From Pirellulaceae bacterium (GTDB taxonomy: Bacteria > Planctomycetota > Planctomycetia > Pirellulales > Pirellulaceae): 59,083 nucleotides of DNA. Made by a program: the position numbers and the translations under genes. Positions 19,188-28,106 of the stretch are shown in pieces (the stretch's first letter is position 1; each line of letters opens with the position of its first letter). The notes below the pieces were generated by a model. That model searched no databases. It saw nothing but the letters and a program-made list of their open reading frames with translations, and had not been told where the DNA came from. The stretch lies in NCBI GenBank assembly GCA_046583055.1, contig JAYGDH010000497.1, positions 1 through 59,083 on the forward strand, in the 5' to 3' direction.

Positions 19188-20000
19188 CTCGGCTTGTCCC
19201 GCGCGATCCCTGCGCGAAGTTGCCTAAAAACGCATGGGAGGGACATCCGAACCACGACAAAAGTCGCCGACCGTCGATCCACTCAGTCGTCGCCCCCCAA
19301 GCTGTTTATTTCTCTTGTTCAATAAACATTCAATCTCAACACAGGCCACAGTGTAACGTAATGTCGAGACAATGAAACCGTCTAAAAAAAGTTTTAGTAA
19401 ATGAAAATGAAAAGTCGTCGATGACCAAAAATAGTTTGGGCCGTGCACATTAAAAAGTGTTGCGCAGCCCGCCAGGAATCGAGTTGATCTCGTGGGGATA
19501 AACCGGATCGTGATCGCGCACCGCTAGCCCAGGCACATTTGGGTGCAGCTAAAAACTTTGTATGACAGCTGATTCCAGAATAGAGGCTGTCAAGCCAGTA
19601 ACACGAATGAAATTGGGTTAGCGAAGATCCAATAAGTCGTAACGAAGTTCACATTTTGGGAGGCAGCAGGAAAATGTCAAGCTACCCGCACGAAAGTTTT
19701 TTGGAAAGCGGCAGTAGAGGTTGCTTGGAACCGAAAATGGAAGCGCAAAAAAAACTGATCAAGCGGAAGGTTTCAAACGTAACAGGGGAAAGTCAATTAG
19801 CGGCCCGGGCGGTCGCCGTGTGGCGGCGTGGAAAGGAGCAGGAACACGCGAGCGAGCAAGAAAGGATAGTGAATCTGCAAACGAATCCACTGGAAATAAA
19901 GGTTGGACTGCCGGCCAGCGGGAAAAACAGCATTGCCAACAATTTTTATTCCCGCTACAGATACCAAGAGATGAAACTTCACTGATAAACGGATCAACAT

Positions 20001-20891
20001 ATGATGGGCCGAGTGGCGACGGATGGCCGGATTTCCCTGGAAGAACTGAACTTGGCACGACAGGAATTGCTGCAACTGGCTGCCGGTCTCGTTCAGGATG
20101 GATCTGAAAACGATTCCATGGCAACCTTCCAGGTGCTGGAAAAAATTCTTGGCGCAGACGTTTGCCAGCGGGTTGGTATCTACCCGATACCAGAAACTTT
20201 TACACTCTCGGTGGTGATTCCTGTCTACAACGAGGTTGCCACGCTGGAAAAAGTGATCCAACGCGTTCGCGATACGGGTCTTCAGCAGGAAATCATTCTG
20301 GTTGATGATGGTAGTACAGATGGCACGCGAGAGTTACTCGAGAAACTCCGGTCGCAAGAGGATTTAAAGATCCTGATGCATGAATTTAATCGCGGCAAGG
20401 GCGCTGCCCTGATCACCGGGTTTTGCGAAGCAACGGGAGATGTTGTGGTTATCCAGGATGCAGACATGGAATATAACCCGGATGAATTTCGCTGGCTGTT
20501 ACAGCCCATCCTGGAGGATCGTGCGGACGTGGTTTACGGCAGTCGCTTCAGCGCACCGGATCATGTCGTATCCCCGGGATGGCACCAGGCAGCGAACCAG
20601 TTTATCACGTGGTTTTGCAACCTGGTGACACGCTTGCGTTTCACGGATGTTGAAACATGCTACAAGATGTTTCGTCGAGAATTGATCCAGGAGCTGGCGC
20701 CGACGCTCAAGGAAAATCGTTTCGGTATTGAAATTGAAATGACCGCCCGACTGGCTCGTCAGCGTAAGGTACGTTTTTACGAACGACCAATCAGTTACGC
20801 GAGACGATCGTATGCCGAGGGAAAAAAGATTGGTTGGCGCGATGGAGTCCGTGCCTTGTGGTGTATCGTGCGTTATGGATTTGGCAGGTAG
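20001..20891 (+). CDS. family-2 glycosyltransferase (polyprenol-phosphate sugar transferase-like)
   Basis: Contains LSVVIPVYNE, ILVDDGSTDGT and VIQDADMEY (DxD). The N-terminus is ~65 aa longer than usual, so the alternative start at ATG 20118 is possible. Confidence 0.85.
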   Translation: MMGRVATDGRISLEELNLARQELLQLAAGLVQDGSENDSMATFQVLEKILGADVCQRVGIYPIPETFTLSVVIPVYNEVATLEKVIQRVRDTGLQQEIILVDDGSTDGTRELLEKLRSQEDLKILMHEFNRGKGAALITGFCEATGDVVVIQDADMEYNPDEFRWLLQPILEDRADVVYGSRFSAPDHVVSPGWHQAANQFITWFCNLVTRLRFTDVETCYKMFRRELIQELAPTLKENRFGIEIEMTARLARQRKVRFYERPISYARRSYAEGKKIGWRDGVRALWCIVRYGFGR

Positions 20892-20938
20892 TGCCAGCGC
20901 GTTCTTGTCTTGGTGGGTAACCTGGTTGTCTCACGGAT

Positions 20939-22513
20939 ATGACTGATTCAGATCAGCAATCGATCCAGGATGAAATCTCCGGTGAGAAGCTTCTCTTGGC
21001 GGTTCGAGGTGGAACGCGCAAGGTCATCGTTGCCCAGGTGTTTTCACAACTGGTTTCGCTGGCTACGCTGGGCATTCTCTTTCGCCTGATCAGCCCCGGT
21101 GAATTCGGGCTGTTGAGCATGGCCATTCCGCTGGTGTTGTTGCCACGCATGTGTACCTCGCTGGGACTGAGTATCGCCACCGTGCAGCGTGAGACGCTTA
21201 GCGATCAACAATGCTCAGCGCTGTTTACTATCCAACTGGTGCTGGGCGTGTTGGCGGCAGGTGTCACGGTAGGCCTGGGTTACATCTTCGCACCCGTCTA
21301 CGAGGCTCCCGAGCTGGTGAAGTTAAGCCGTTGGCTGGCAGGGACCTCGATACTGGCTGCCTTGGGACTCCTGCACCAGGCGTTGCTAGAACGCAAGATG
21401 CAGTTGGGTCGCCTGGTGGCCGCGCGACTGGGTGGCCAGACTGCCGGGTCGATGGCGGCGATCGTGGTGGTATTGCTCGATCCGCTGTGGGGGGTCTGGG
21501 TACTGGTTTTGCAGCAATACGTGGAACTGGTGGTCATCAACCTGGCCGTCTGGTGGTTGGAACCATGGAAACCGCGGTGGCCTCGCTGGCGCACCCCGAT
21601 CCGTGATCTGCTGAATTTCGGTGGCCTGTATTCGGCCAGCAGCGTGCTCTTCTACCTTGGCCAGGCGATCGACAAAATGCTGCTGGCCTGGTTGCTTGGT
21701 TCCACCGAGGAAGGCAAAAGTGGCCTGGGTATTTATTCCCAGTCTTTTCAGCTGGTCATGAAACCCGTGCAATTGATCACGTTGCCTGTGACCAACGTGA
21801 TGTTGCCTGCCTTATCACGTGCACAGTCGGATCCCGTGGCCTACCAGACGATTGCCCTGAACTTTTATCGGATGATAGCTGTGACCCTGGTGCCAGCCGG
21901 TGTTGGTTTATTCGTTGTGGGTCGTGATGTCATGCAGGTGCTTGCTCCTGACTGGACAGAAGCCGGATGGCTGGTAACAGCCCTGGCGCCCGCCATCATG
22001 GCACAGGGTTTTGTAAATGTTACGGGCAGCGTGCTGGCCTCGGCGGGTAAAACAAAATGGTTATTTGTGGCTTCACTGGTCCTTTGCCTGTTCCTGTTAC
22101 AGGGTTATGCCATGGGTTATTGGTTGGGTGAATCGATAGACGGTGTTGAGAATGCACCGCGGGGTGTGTTTCTCGGGGTGGCAGCCAGCTACTCACTGGT
22201 GATGGTGCTGGTGGTCCTGGTCCCTTACCTGTCATTTACATGTTCACTCGTGGGGATACGGTTTCGGGATCTGGTGGCGTTATCGTGGTATCCAGCCGTG
22301 GTCTCGTTGGGGATGGGTGTAGTAACCTGGTTGCTGGGTGATGTGTTGCTGGTGAATTTCCCGGCATGGTTGCGACTGTTGCTGGTAGTCTCCGCGGGAG
22401 TCATCTTTTTTGTGCTGCTGGCTCGCCGCGATGTTCGCTGGCTGGTCGGGCAGCTGGGCGGTTTGCGGTCATCCGGCGAGAAACCTGAACCTGATCTGTC
22501 CGCATCGCAGTAA
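20939..22513 (+). CDS. polysaccharide/oligosaccharide flippase (Wzx-like, MOP superfamily)
   Basis: 524 aa and polytopic (more than 10 hydrophobic segments). The layout is typical of the polysaccharide-biosynthesis-protein family, and it lies directly downstream of the GT2 gene. Confidence 0.8.
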   Translation: MTDSDQQSIQDEISGEKLLLAVRGGTRKVIVAQVFSQLVSLATLGILFRLISPGEFGLLSMAIPLVLLPRMCTSLGLSIATVQRETLSDQQCSALFTIQLVLGVLAAGVTVGLGYIFAPVYEAPELVKLSRWLAGTSILAALGLLHQALLERKMQLGRLVAARLGGQTAGSMAAIVVVLLDPLWGVWVLVLQQYVELVVINLAVWWLEPWKPRWPRWRTPIRDLLNFGGLYSASSVLFYLGQAIDKMLLAWLLGSTEEGKSGLGIYSQSFQLVMKPVQLITLPVTNVMLPALSRAQSDPVAYQTIALNFYRMIAVTLVPAGVGLFVVGRDVMQVLAPDWTEAGWLVTALAPAIMAQGFVNVTGSVLASAGKTKWLFVASLVLCLFLLQGYAMGYWLGESIDGVENAPRGVFLGVAASYSLVMVLVVLVPYLSFTCSLVGIRFRDLVALSWYPAVVSLGMGVVTWLLGDVLLVNFPAWLRLLLVVSAGVIFFVLLARRDVRWLVGQLGGLRSSGEKPEPDLSASQ

Positions 22514-22563
22514 TACCCTGCTAGGGGTCCGGGCTGTTATAATTTCCCGGTCAGCTATGTCCG

Positions 22564-24678
22564 GTGAAGATTTACATACGAGGTCATGCAGTGGTGCTAC
22601 CACGAACCCGACTGCCAGTCGCTTACGGTGCCGTCGTCCTGGGTGTCTTGCTGCTGGGACTCGTCGCCTGGTTGGCGCACGACAAGCTGGGTTACTGGCA
22701 GTACCTGTTGTACCTGGCCGCGGCCCTCATCTGGTATGGCACACTTCGTGGCATGGACCAATGGTCTGGTGATCAGCAATCTCCGACAGACCCCCTGGAA
22801 ATCGTGGCTGCCAAGGAAACGGCTCTCCAGGAACTGGCCGGCCAGCTGGATCGGCGCGAGCAGGCGTTAGCCAGTCAGATGGTTACTTACCATGAATGGA
22901 TGGAGTTTCCGCGGCCGACTGATCTGTCGGATCCGGTTGAAACCACTGAGCAACTGGCCGAACTGGTCGAACTTGATCGCCAGGTAATCGAGTTATTGGA
23001 AAGTGTGTCGAAGGAAATCTTTGATTCAATCCTGGAAAACCGGTATAGCGTGGACGGTAAATTCCAGCCGTCGCTGCTTGTGCAGCAAGCCTGGCAACTG
23101 GCCGACCAGGTAGCTCGTATTTACCAGCCCTCTTCGGAAAACCCGTTGCTGGAAACCAGCACGGAGCAGATTTTTTACGCGATCAGTCGAGCCTGCCTGC
23201 AGTTCCTGGTGGTAGTTGAAGAATTGCCGTTGAATGTCAAGGAGCTGAATATTAACAGCCTGTATGGTTATGTGCGTCGCGCGGTGCAGGCCTACGGTGT
23301 CTACAAGCGGGCCCGCCCCTTCCTGCAGGTTGCCGGCAAGGGATACTACCTGGGCCGCTATGCCATGGGAGTCAACCCGGTCTCCATGGGTGCCTGGTGG
23401 ATGTTGCAGTCGGTAGGGTCCCGAGGTGCCAAGGCGCTGGCAACGCGGGTGGTGAATCGACAGGCGCTAGGCCTGCTCAATAATGTCGTCCGCGTGATTG
23501 GCTTTGAGGTGGCAACGATCTATGGCGGCGATTTCCGTCACCGGGATCCTAACTGGATCTACGGTGCGGAATTGACTGAGTTACTTGCCACGTTCCCGGT
23601 AAGTGGCGAGATGTTGACGCAGGCACTGGGTGAAGTGGGTGCGATCCAGCTGCGCAGTGAATACGATCGCATCTACCTGTATCGCTGCCTGGCCGCGGCC
23701 AGGAGTTGCCAGCCGGGCCAGTATCGGGCGGACACCGTGTTGACGGTTGGTGAGCGACAGTCCATCGCGGAACGGCTGCAACGTTTCGCGGTTCGGTTCC
23801 TGCCGGCGGAAAAATCTCGACTGCAGCAAAAATGGCGAGGCCAGGTGGAAAAACGATTGGGAATCGAGTTTGCCTCGATCACGGAAGCCGATGAAGCGAC
23901 TCCGGCCCAGCGACAGCAGGTGCTCCAGTCGCTGGCTGCCTATGTGTTGACGGTCAAGGAACATGAAATCTCCGAGTTGCCAGCGGCCCTGGCGGGACTG
24001 GCGGTTTATGAAGACCAGGCGGATGAGGATCGGCAAGCACAGTGGGCTCGTTGGCAAGCGGAGCAGCCCGTGCAATTTGAACCCCCGTCGTTGACAAAAG
24101 GTTCATCCCTGGCCGATCAGTACCTGCAGGGCCTGGTCCAGCTGGCTGCCCGGCTTGCACCACGCTTGGCGACCGACCAGTCGGTGGTCCAGGCAGCTGG
24201 TTATGTCGGGCTGGACGAGGCGAGGATCAATCGCCAGTTGGCAAATGCTTATCGCAACCAGTTGCAGGAATCCTGCCCGGGCTACCAATTACCCCAGCGG
24301 TTGCCGGTTACGGTAACCTGTGCCTTACTGGACCTGCTGGAACCAGGGGAAACGATTCAGCGCGTGTACCGGGGTGTCCAGGCAATCTCATGTGGCCAGG
24401 GAGAAGTGATCTCGGGCCCCAAGAAATCCTGCTGGTTGATTGCTGCTTCCAGTCGAGCCGTGATGCTTTCTGACGCGGAGGAAATCCGGGTGATGTGGCA
24501 GAGCAATGCGAACGTAGACATGGAAAAACAGGCGGGCCTGGTGCGAAGTGACTGTCGCCTGACAGGGGGAGACTGGCTGACCGATAGGCAGGAACCGGTT
24601 ACCCTGGTCGTCACGGGGGACCCCCTGGTGGGCTACGACGAGTATTTTCAGCCGCTGGCTTCCTTGTTTACCAGGTAG
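22564..24678 (+). CDS. large conserved hypothetical protein with two N-terminal TM helices (704 aa)
   Basis: Long ORF with gene-like composition and a GTG start (exact start uncertain). No motif recognised and no P-loop. Confidence 0.7.
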   Translation: MKIYIRGHAVVLPRTRLPVAYGAVVLGVLLLGLVAWLAHDKLGYWQYLLYLAAALIWYGTLRGMDQWSGDQQSPTDPLEIVAAKETALQELAGQLDRREQALASQMVTYHEWMEFPRPTDLSDPVETTEQLAELVELDRQVIELLESVSKEIFDSILENRYSVDGKFQPSLLVQQAWQLADQVARIYQPSSENPLLETSTEQIFYAISRACLQFLVVVEELPLNVKELNINSLYGYVRRAVQAYGVYKRARPFLQVAGKGYYLGRYAMGVNPVSMGAWWMLQSVGSRGAKALATRVVNRQALGLLNNVVRVIGFEVATIYGGDFRHRDPNWIYGAELTELLATFPVSGEMLTQALGEVGAIQLRSEYDRIYLYRCLAAARSCQPGQYRADTVLTVGERQSIAERLQRFAVRFLPAEKSRLQQKWRGQVEKRLGIEFASITEADEATPAQRQQVLQSLAAYVLTVKEHEISELPAALAGLAVYEDQADEDRQAQWARWQAEQPVQFEPPSLTKGSSLADQYLQGLVQLAARLAPRLATDQSVVQAAGYVGLDEARINRQLANAYRNQLQESCPGYQLPQRLPVTVTCALLDLLEPGETIQRVYRGVQAISCGQGEVISGPKKSCWLIAASSRAVMLSDAEEIRVMWQSNANVDMEKQAGLVRSDCRLTGGDWLTDRQEPVTLVVTGDPLVGYDEYFQPLASLFTR

Positions 24679-24826
24679 CTGGTGCCCCCAGTTGCCAGGG
24701 TCACATGACCGGGAGCGGGTTGTCGCCGGCATGTCCAACAAGCCATAATGACGGCTTGGCTGGTTTCCAGGGTCGGGCATTCCTGCCAGGCCTGTTTCAC
24801 CGTTGTTTGTGAGGAGAGTTGATTCC

Positions 24827-26101
24827 ATGACGACCTATCCGCAGTTATTTCGGCTACGTCAAAAATTCGAAGGACCTGTCGTGGAAGACGTAGCGGGTGA
24901 AGTAGAAAAACAGCTGGCTTCCCTGTCCCTGTCGGAGAAAATTCAACCGGGGCAGAGCGTAGCCATCTCGGCCGGCAGCCGAGGAATTGCCAATATACAT
25001 ATCATTATCCGCGGCATTTCCCAGCACTTGAAAGCGCTGGGCGCCGAGCCGTTTATCGTGCCGTCCATGGGGAGCCATGGTGGGGGAACGGCCGAGGGTC
25101 AGCAGCAGATCATCGAGTCGTACGGGATCACCGAGGAATTTTGCGAGTGTCCGATTCGTGCCAGCATGGAGACAGTCGTGGTTTGTGATGCCGAAGAAGG
25201 ATTCCCGGTTCACTTTGATCGGCATGCCTATGAAGCGGATCACGTATTCGTGTGTGGTCGCGTGAAACCTCACACGGGATTTCACGGTGACATCGAAAGT
25301 GGCCTGATGAAGATGATGTTGATTGGACTGGGCAAGCATGCGGGGGCTGCTATTTATCATCAAGCAATCATGAATTACAGTTTCGGCCAGATCGTCCGCA
25401 GTGTGGCGAAGGAAGTACTGGCCAAGTGTCGTATCGTGGCTGGCCTGGCGATCGTGGAAAACGCCTATGACCAGACGGCGAAGCTGGCAGCAGTTCCCCC
25501 GGAATGCTTTGAAGAGGAAGAAAAAGAACTTCTTGTTCTGGCCAAGAAGCTGATGCCACGACTACCGTTTGAGACGGCTGACATCCTCACGATTGATGAG
25601 ATTGGCAAGAACATCAGTGGATCCGGAATGGATACCAACGTGGTGGGCCGTAAGTACCTGGATCACCGCGCGGCAGACGACGAGTATCCCAAGGTTAAAC
25701 GGATTATCCTCCGTGGCTTGACCGAAGAAACACATGGTAATGCGACGGGACTGGGCCTGGCGGAATTCTGCCTTTCCCGCTTGGTGCGGCAAATGAATGT
25801 CCAGGCGACGCGCGTGAATTGCCTGACCGGCGGGCACCCCACCGGGGCGATGCAGCCGCTCGATTACGAGACGGACCAGGAGACACTCGATGTGGCACTT
25901 TCCACGATTGGCTTGATTGCGCCCGAAGATGCCCGCCTGATGTGGATTCGTGACACGCTCGACGTGGCAGAAGTGGAATGTTCTGCCGCCTACTGGGATG
26001 AAGCCAATCAACGGGATGACCTGGAGGTGTTGATACCGCTGCGTGATCTGCCGTTGGATGAAGAAGGAAACCTTCCGGAGATCGGCTCCCTGTCACCCTA
26101 G
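24827..26101 (+). CDS. DUF2088 / LarA-N-like domain protein (tentative)
   Basis: GAGGAGAG lies 10 nt upstream of ATG 24827. The pattern ISAGSRGI..PSMGSHGG..VKPHTGFHGDIESGLMKM..GLGKH resembles the lactate-racemase-N family layout, but this is recalled from memory only. Confidence 0.6.
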   Translation: MTTYPQLFRLRQKFEGPVVEDVAGEVEKQLASLSLSEKIQPGQSVAISAGSRGIANIHIIIRGISQHLKALGAEPFIVPSMGSHGGGTAEGQQQIIESYGITEEFCECPIRASMETVVVCDAEEGFPVHFDRHAYEADHVFVCGRVKPHTGFHGDIESGLMKMMLIGLGKHAGAAIYHQAIMNYSFGQIVRSVAKEVLAKCRIVAGLAIVENAYDQTAKLAAVPPECFEEEEKELLVLAKKLMPRLPFETADILTIDEIGKNISGSGMDTNVVGRKYLDHRAADDEYPKVKRIILRGLTEETHGNATGLGLAEFCLSRLVRQMNVQATRVNCLTGGHPTGAMQPLDYETDQETLDVALSTIGLIAPEDARLMWIRDTLDVAEVECSAAYWDEANQRDDLEVLIPLRDLPLDEEGNLPEIGSLSP

Positions 26102-26129
26102 AACTGAATCCCAAGGGAGGAGAAGTTCA

Positions 26130-27320
26130 TTGGCCAAGCTGCGTCCTGAAGATATTTGTCCGCGTCCTGCTACCCAGGCAGATACAGCGACGCATCCCCA
26201 TGCGCCCCCGCTCCAGTTGACGTCCGTCTGGGAATGCGAAAGTACCGACCAGGCCAAGCAGCTGCTGGAAGGAGAAATCAGCGGATACGTATACCAGCGG
26301 GATGGCCATCCCAACGCAGACATGTTTGCCGATCAATGCCGATTGCTCCACGGGGCCGAGTGCGTGGCAGTAACTTCTTCCGGAATGGCCGCGCTGGCTG
26401 CTGCGATCCTCTCCCAGGTCAGCCACGGAGATCACCTGCTGGTCAGCAACCAGTTGTACGGGCGCAGTGCCCAGCTGTTGACCTCGGAAGCTCGCCGTTA
26501 TGGTGTGGATCATACGATCGTGGATCCTCACGACCTCACGGCACTGGAACCGGCTTTCCAGGCGAATACGCGCATGCTGGTGGTTGAGACGATCACGAAT
26601 CCCCAGTTGCGAGTTGCGGACTTGGCTCAACTGGCCCAGCAGTGTCACCGCCACGATTGCCTGTTGCTGGTCGACAACACGTTTGCCACGCCGGCTCTTT
26701 GTCGACCCCTGGAACACGGCGCTGACCTGGTAATGGAGAGCGTTAGTAAAATGATGAATGGCCACAGTGACGTGATGCTCGGTATGCTGGCTGGATCGTT
26801 ACGACTCTGGGATCGTGTACCGCAGGCCGTGGCAGCATGGGGACTGACCAGCAGTCCTCTCGATTGTTGGTTGGCCCTGCGGGGACTGGGAACATTACCA
26901 TTGAGATTACGCCAGGCCTGCACCAACGCGCAGGCAGCTGCGGAACTTCTTGTTGCCCAGTCGCAGCAGGTGGAGTCGATCCAGTACCCGGGTTTGCCAT
27001 CCCACGCAGACCATGCCCTGGCGCGTCGCCAACTTGGAGACCAGTTTGGTTCGATGGTGACGTTTAACCTGGCAGGTGGTCAGGCTGCCGCGGACCGATT
27101 CATCGAGGCGGCTGCCCGCTTTCCCTTCTGTCCCTCGCTGGGCGAATTATCAACCACGTTGAGTCATCCGGCATCGACCAGTCATCGCAAGCTCAGCGAA
27201 CCGGATCGTGCCCGCGTGGGTATTACCGGGGGAACCATTCGGTTGTCGGTAGGCGTGGAATCGACGGAGTATATCCTGGAATCACTGGCACAGTGTTTTT
27301 CCACCATGGAATCCTCTTGA
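26130..27320 (+). CDS. Cys/Met-metabolism PLP-dependent enzyme (cystathionine gamma-synthase/lyase family)
   Basis: PLP-lysine motif SVSKMMNGHSD, plus SSGMAA and LLVDNTFATP. TTG start at 26130 is preceded by GGGAGGAG. The ATG at 26043 would overlap the upstream gene by 59 nt. Confidence 0.85.
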   Translation: MAKLRPEDICPRPATQADTATHPHAPPLQLTSVWECESTDQAKQLLEGEISGYVYQRDGHPNADMFADQCRLLHGAECVAVTSSGMAALAAAILSQVSHGDHLLVSNQLYGRSAQLLTSEARRYGVDHTIVDPHDLTALEPAFQANTRMLVVETITNPQLRVADLAQLAQQCHRHDCLLLVDNTFATPALCRPLEHGADLVMESVSKMMNGHSDVMLGMLAGSLRLWDRVPQAVAAWGLTSSPLDCWLALRGLGTLPLRLRQACTNAQAAAELLVAQSQQVESIQYPGLPSHADHALARRQLGDQFGSMVTFNLAGGQAAADRFIEAAARFPFCPSLGELSTTLSHPASTSHRKLSEPDRARVGITGGTIRLSVGVESTEYILESLAQCFSTMESS

Positions 27321-27436
27321 TGGCAGGAACGTGGTGATTGGTAAATTCGGCTGGACGCAGCGTCGGGAACTGATATAGTTGATGCGCAGTCGTTGATCGG
27401 AATCCCGGCGCGTAGTTGTAATCGGCGGAGAATGGC

Positions 27437-27655
27437 ATGCCCAAAGAAGAAGCACTAGAGGTTGAAGGTACGGTAACACAGGCGCTTGCCAACACACGCT
27501 TTCGCGTACAGTTGGAAACCGGTTCGGAGGTCCTGGCCCACGTGGCGGGACGCATGAGAAAACACTTCATTCGCATCGTGCCGGGAGACAAGGTGCGGGT
27601 AGAACTGTCCCCCTATGATCTGACCAGGGGACGGATTACGTATCGAGAAAGATAG
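27437..27655 (+). CDS. infA: translation initiation factor IF-1
   Basis: 72 aa with an S1-like fold signature ([63 protein letters not shown]). GGAGAA SD. Confidence 0.95.
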   Translation: MPKEEALEVEGTVTQALANTRFRVQLETGSEVLAHVAGRMRKHFIRIVPGDKVRVELSPYDLTRGRITYRER

Positions 27656-28000
27656 ATCCGTAGAACAGGGAGCGTGATTCCCTTGCTGGAACCCCCTGTT
27701 GCAAGAGGACTTCTGTCGCGGTGATCGTGGTCGAGAAGCCGTTCAGCAACCTGGAATCGGGTGGTGAATTCCTCCTGGTGGTGATTACATCGCGGGTAAA
27801 AACGAGTTACAATAAAATCGTCCCATGGTTTTCATGTGCCTGACTTGTTGACAGAAACTTTTCTTTCTCCCCTCGGGTACATGGATCAAGCTGCTGCCCT
27901 GAAACTGCATCCTGCAGTTGGCCATGATGGATGGGCAGCATTTTCTGCATGATGCGAGGGACGTCCTGGAACAGCCCAGCCACGATCCCTTGTCTAACAA

Positions 28001-28035
28001 GGCCAGTGCCTTGGGCCAGTGCCTGGGGCCAGTGG
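28001..28035. repeat. 13-bp tandem repeat (ggccagtgccttg / ggccagtgcctgg / ggccagtgg)
   Basis: Read directly from the sequence, in the 450-bp gap between infA and the next CDS. Confidence 0.6.
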
Positions 28036-28106
28036 TATGGTTACGTTTTGACGAATCAGGCATCCGCCAGTTTTCAGCGAAAAGACATAATTAGGAGAAA
28101 CCAGTC

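Noticed and set aside
26043-26129. ATG-initiated 5' extension of the PLP-enzyme ORF, overlapping the upstream gene by 59 nt
   Set aside because: The extension encodes an Arg/Ser/Cys-rich peptide. A TTG at 26130 has a strong GGGAGGAG SD and gives a normal N-terminus.
27785-28063. 92-aa minus-strand ORF in the infA-downstream gap
   Set aside because: The composition is Cys/Arg/Ser-rich, there is no SD and no recognisable features. It is probably non-coding.
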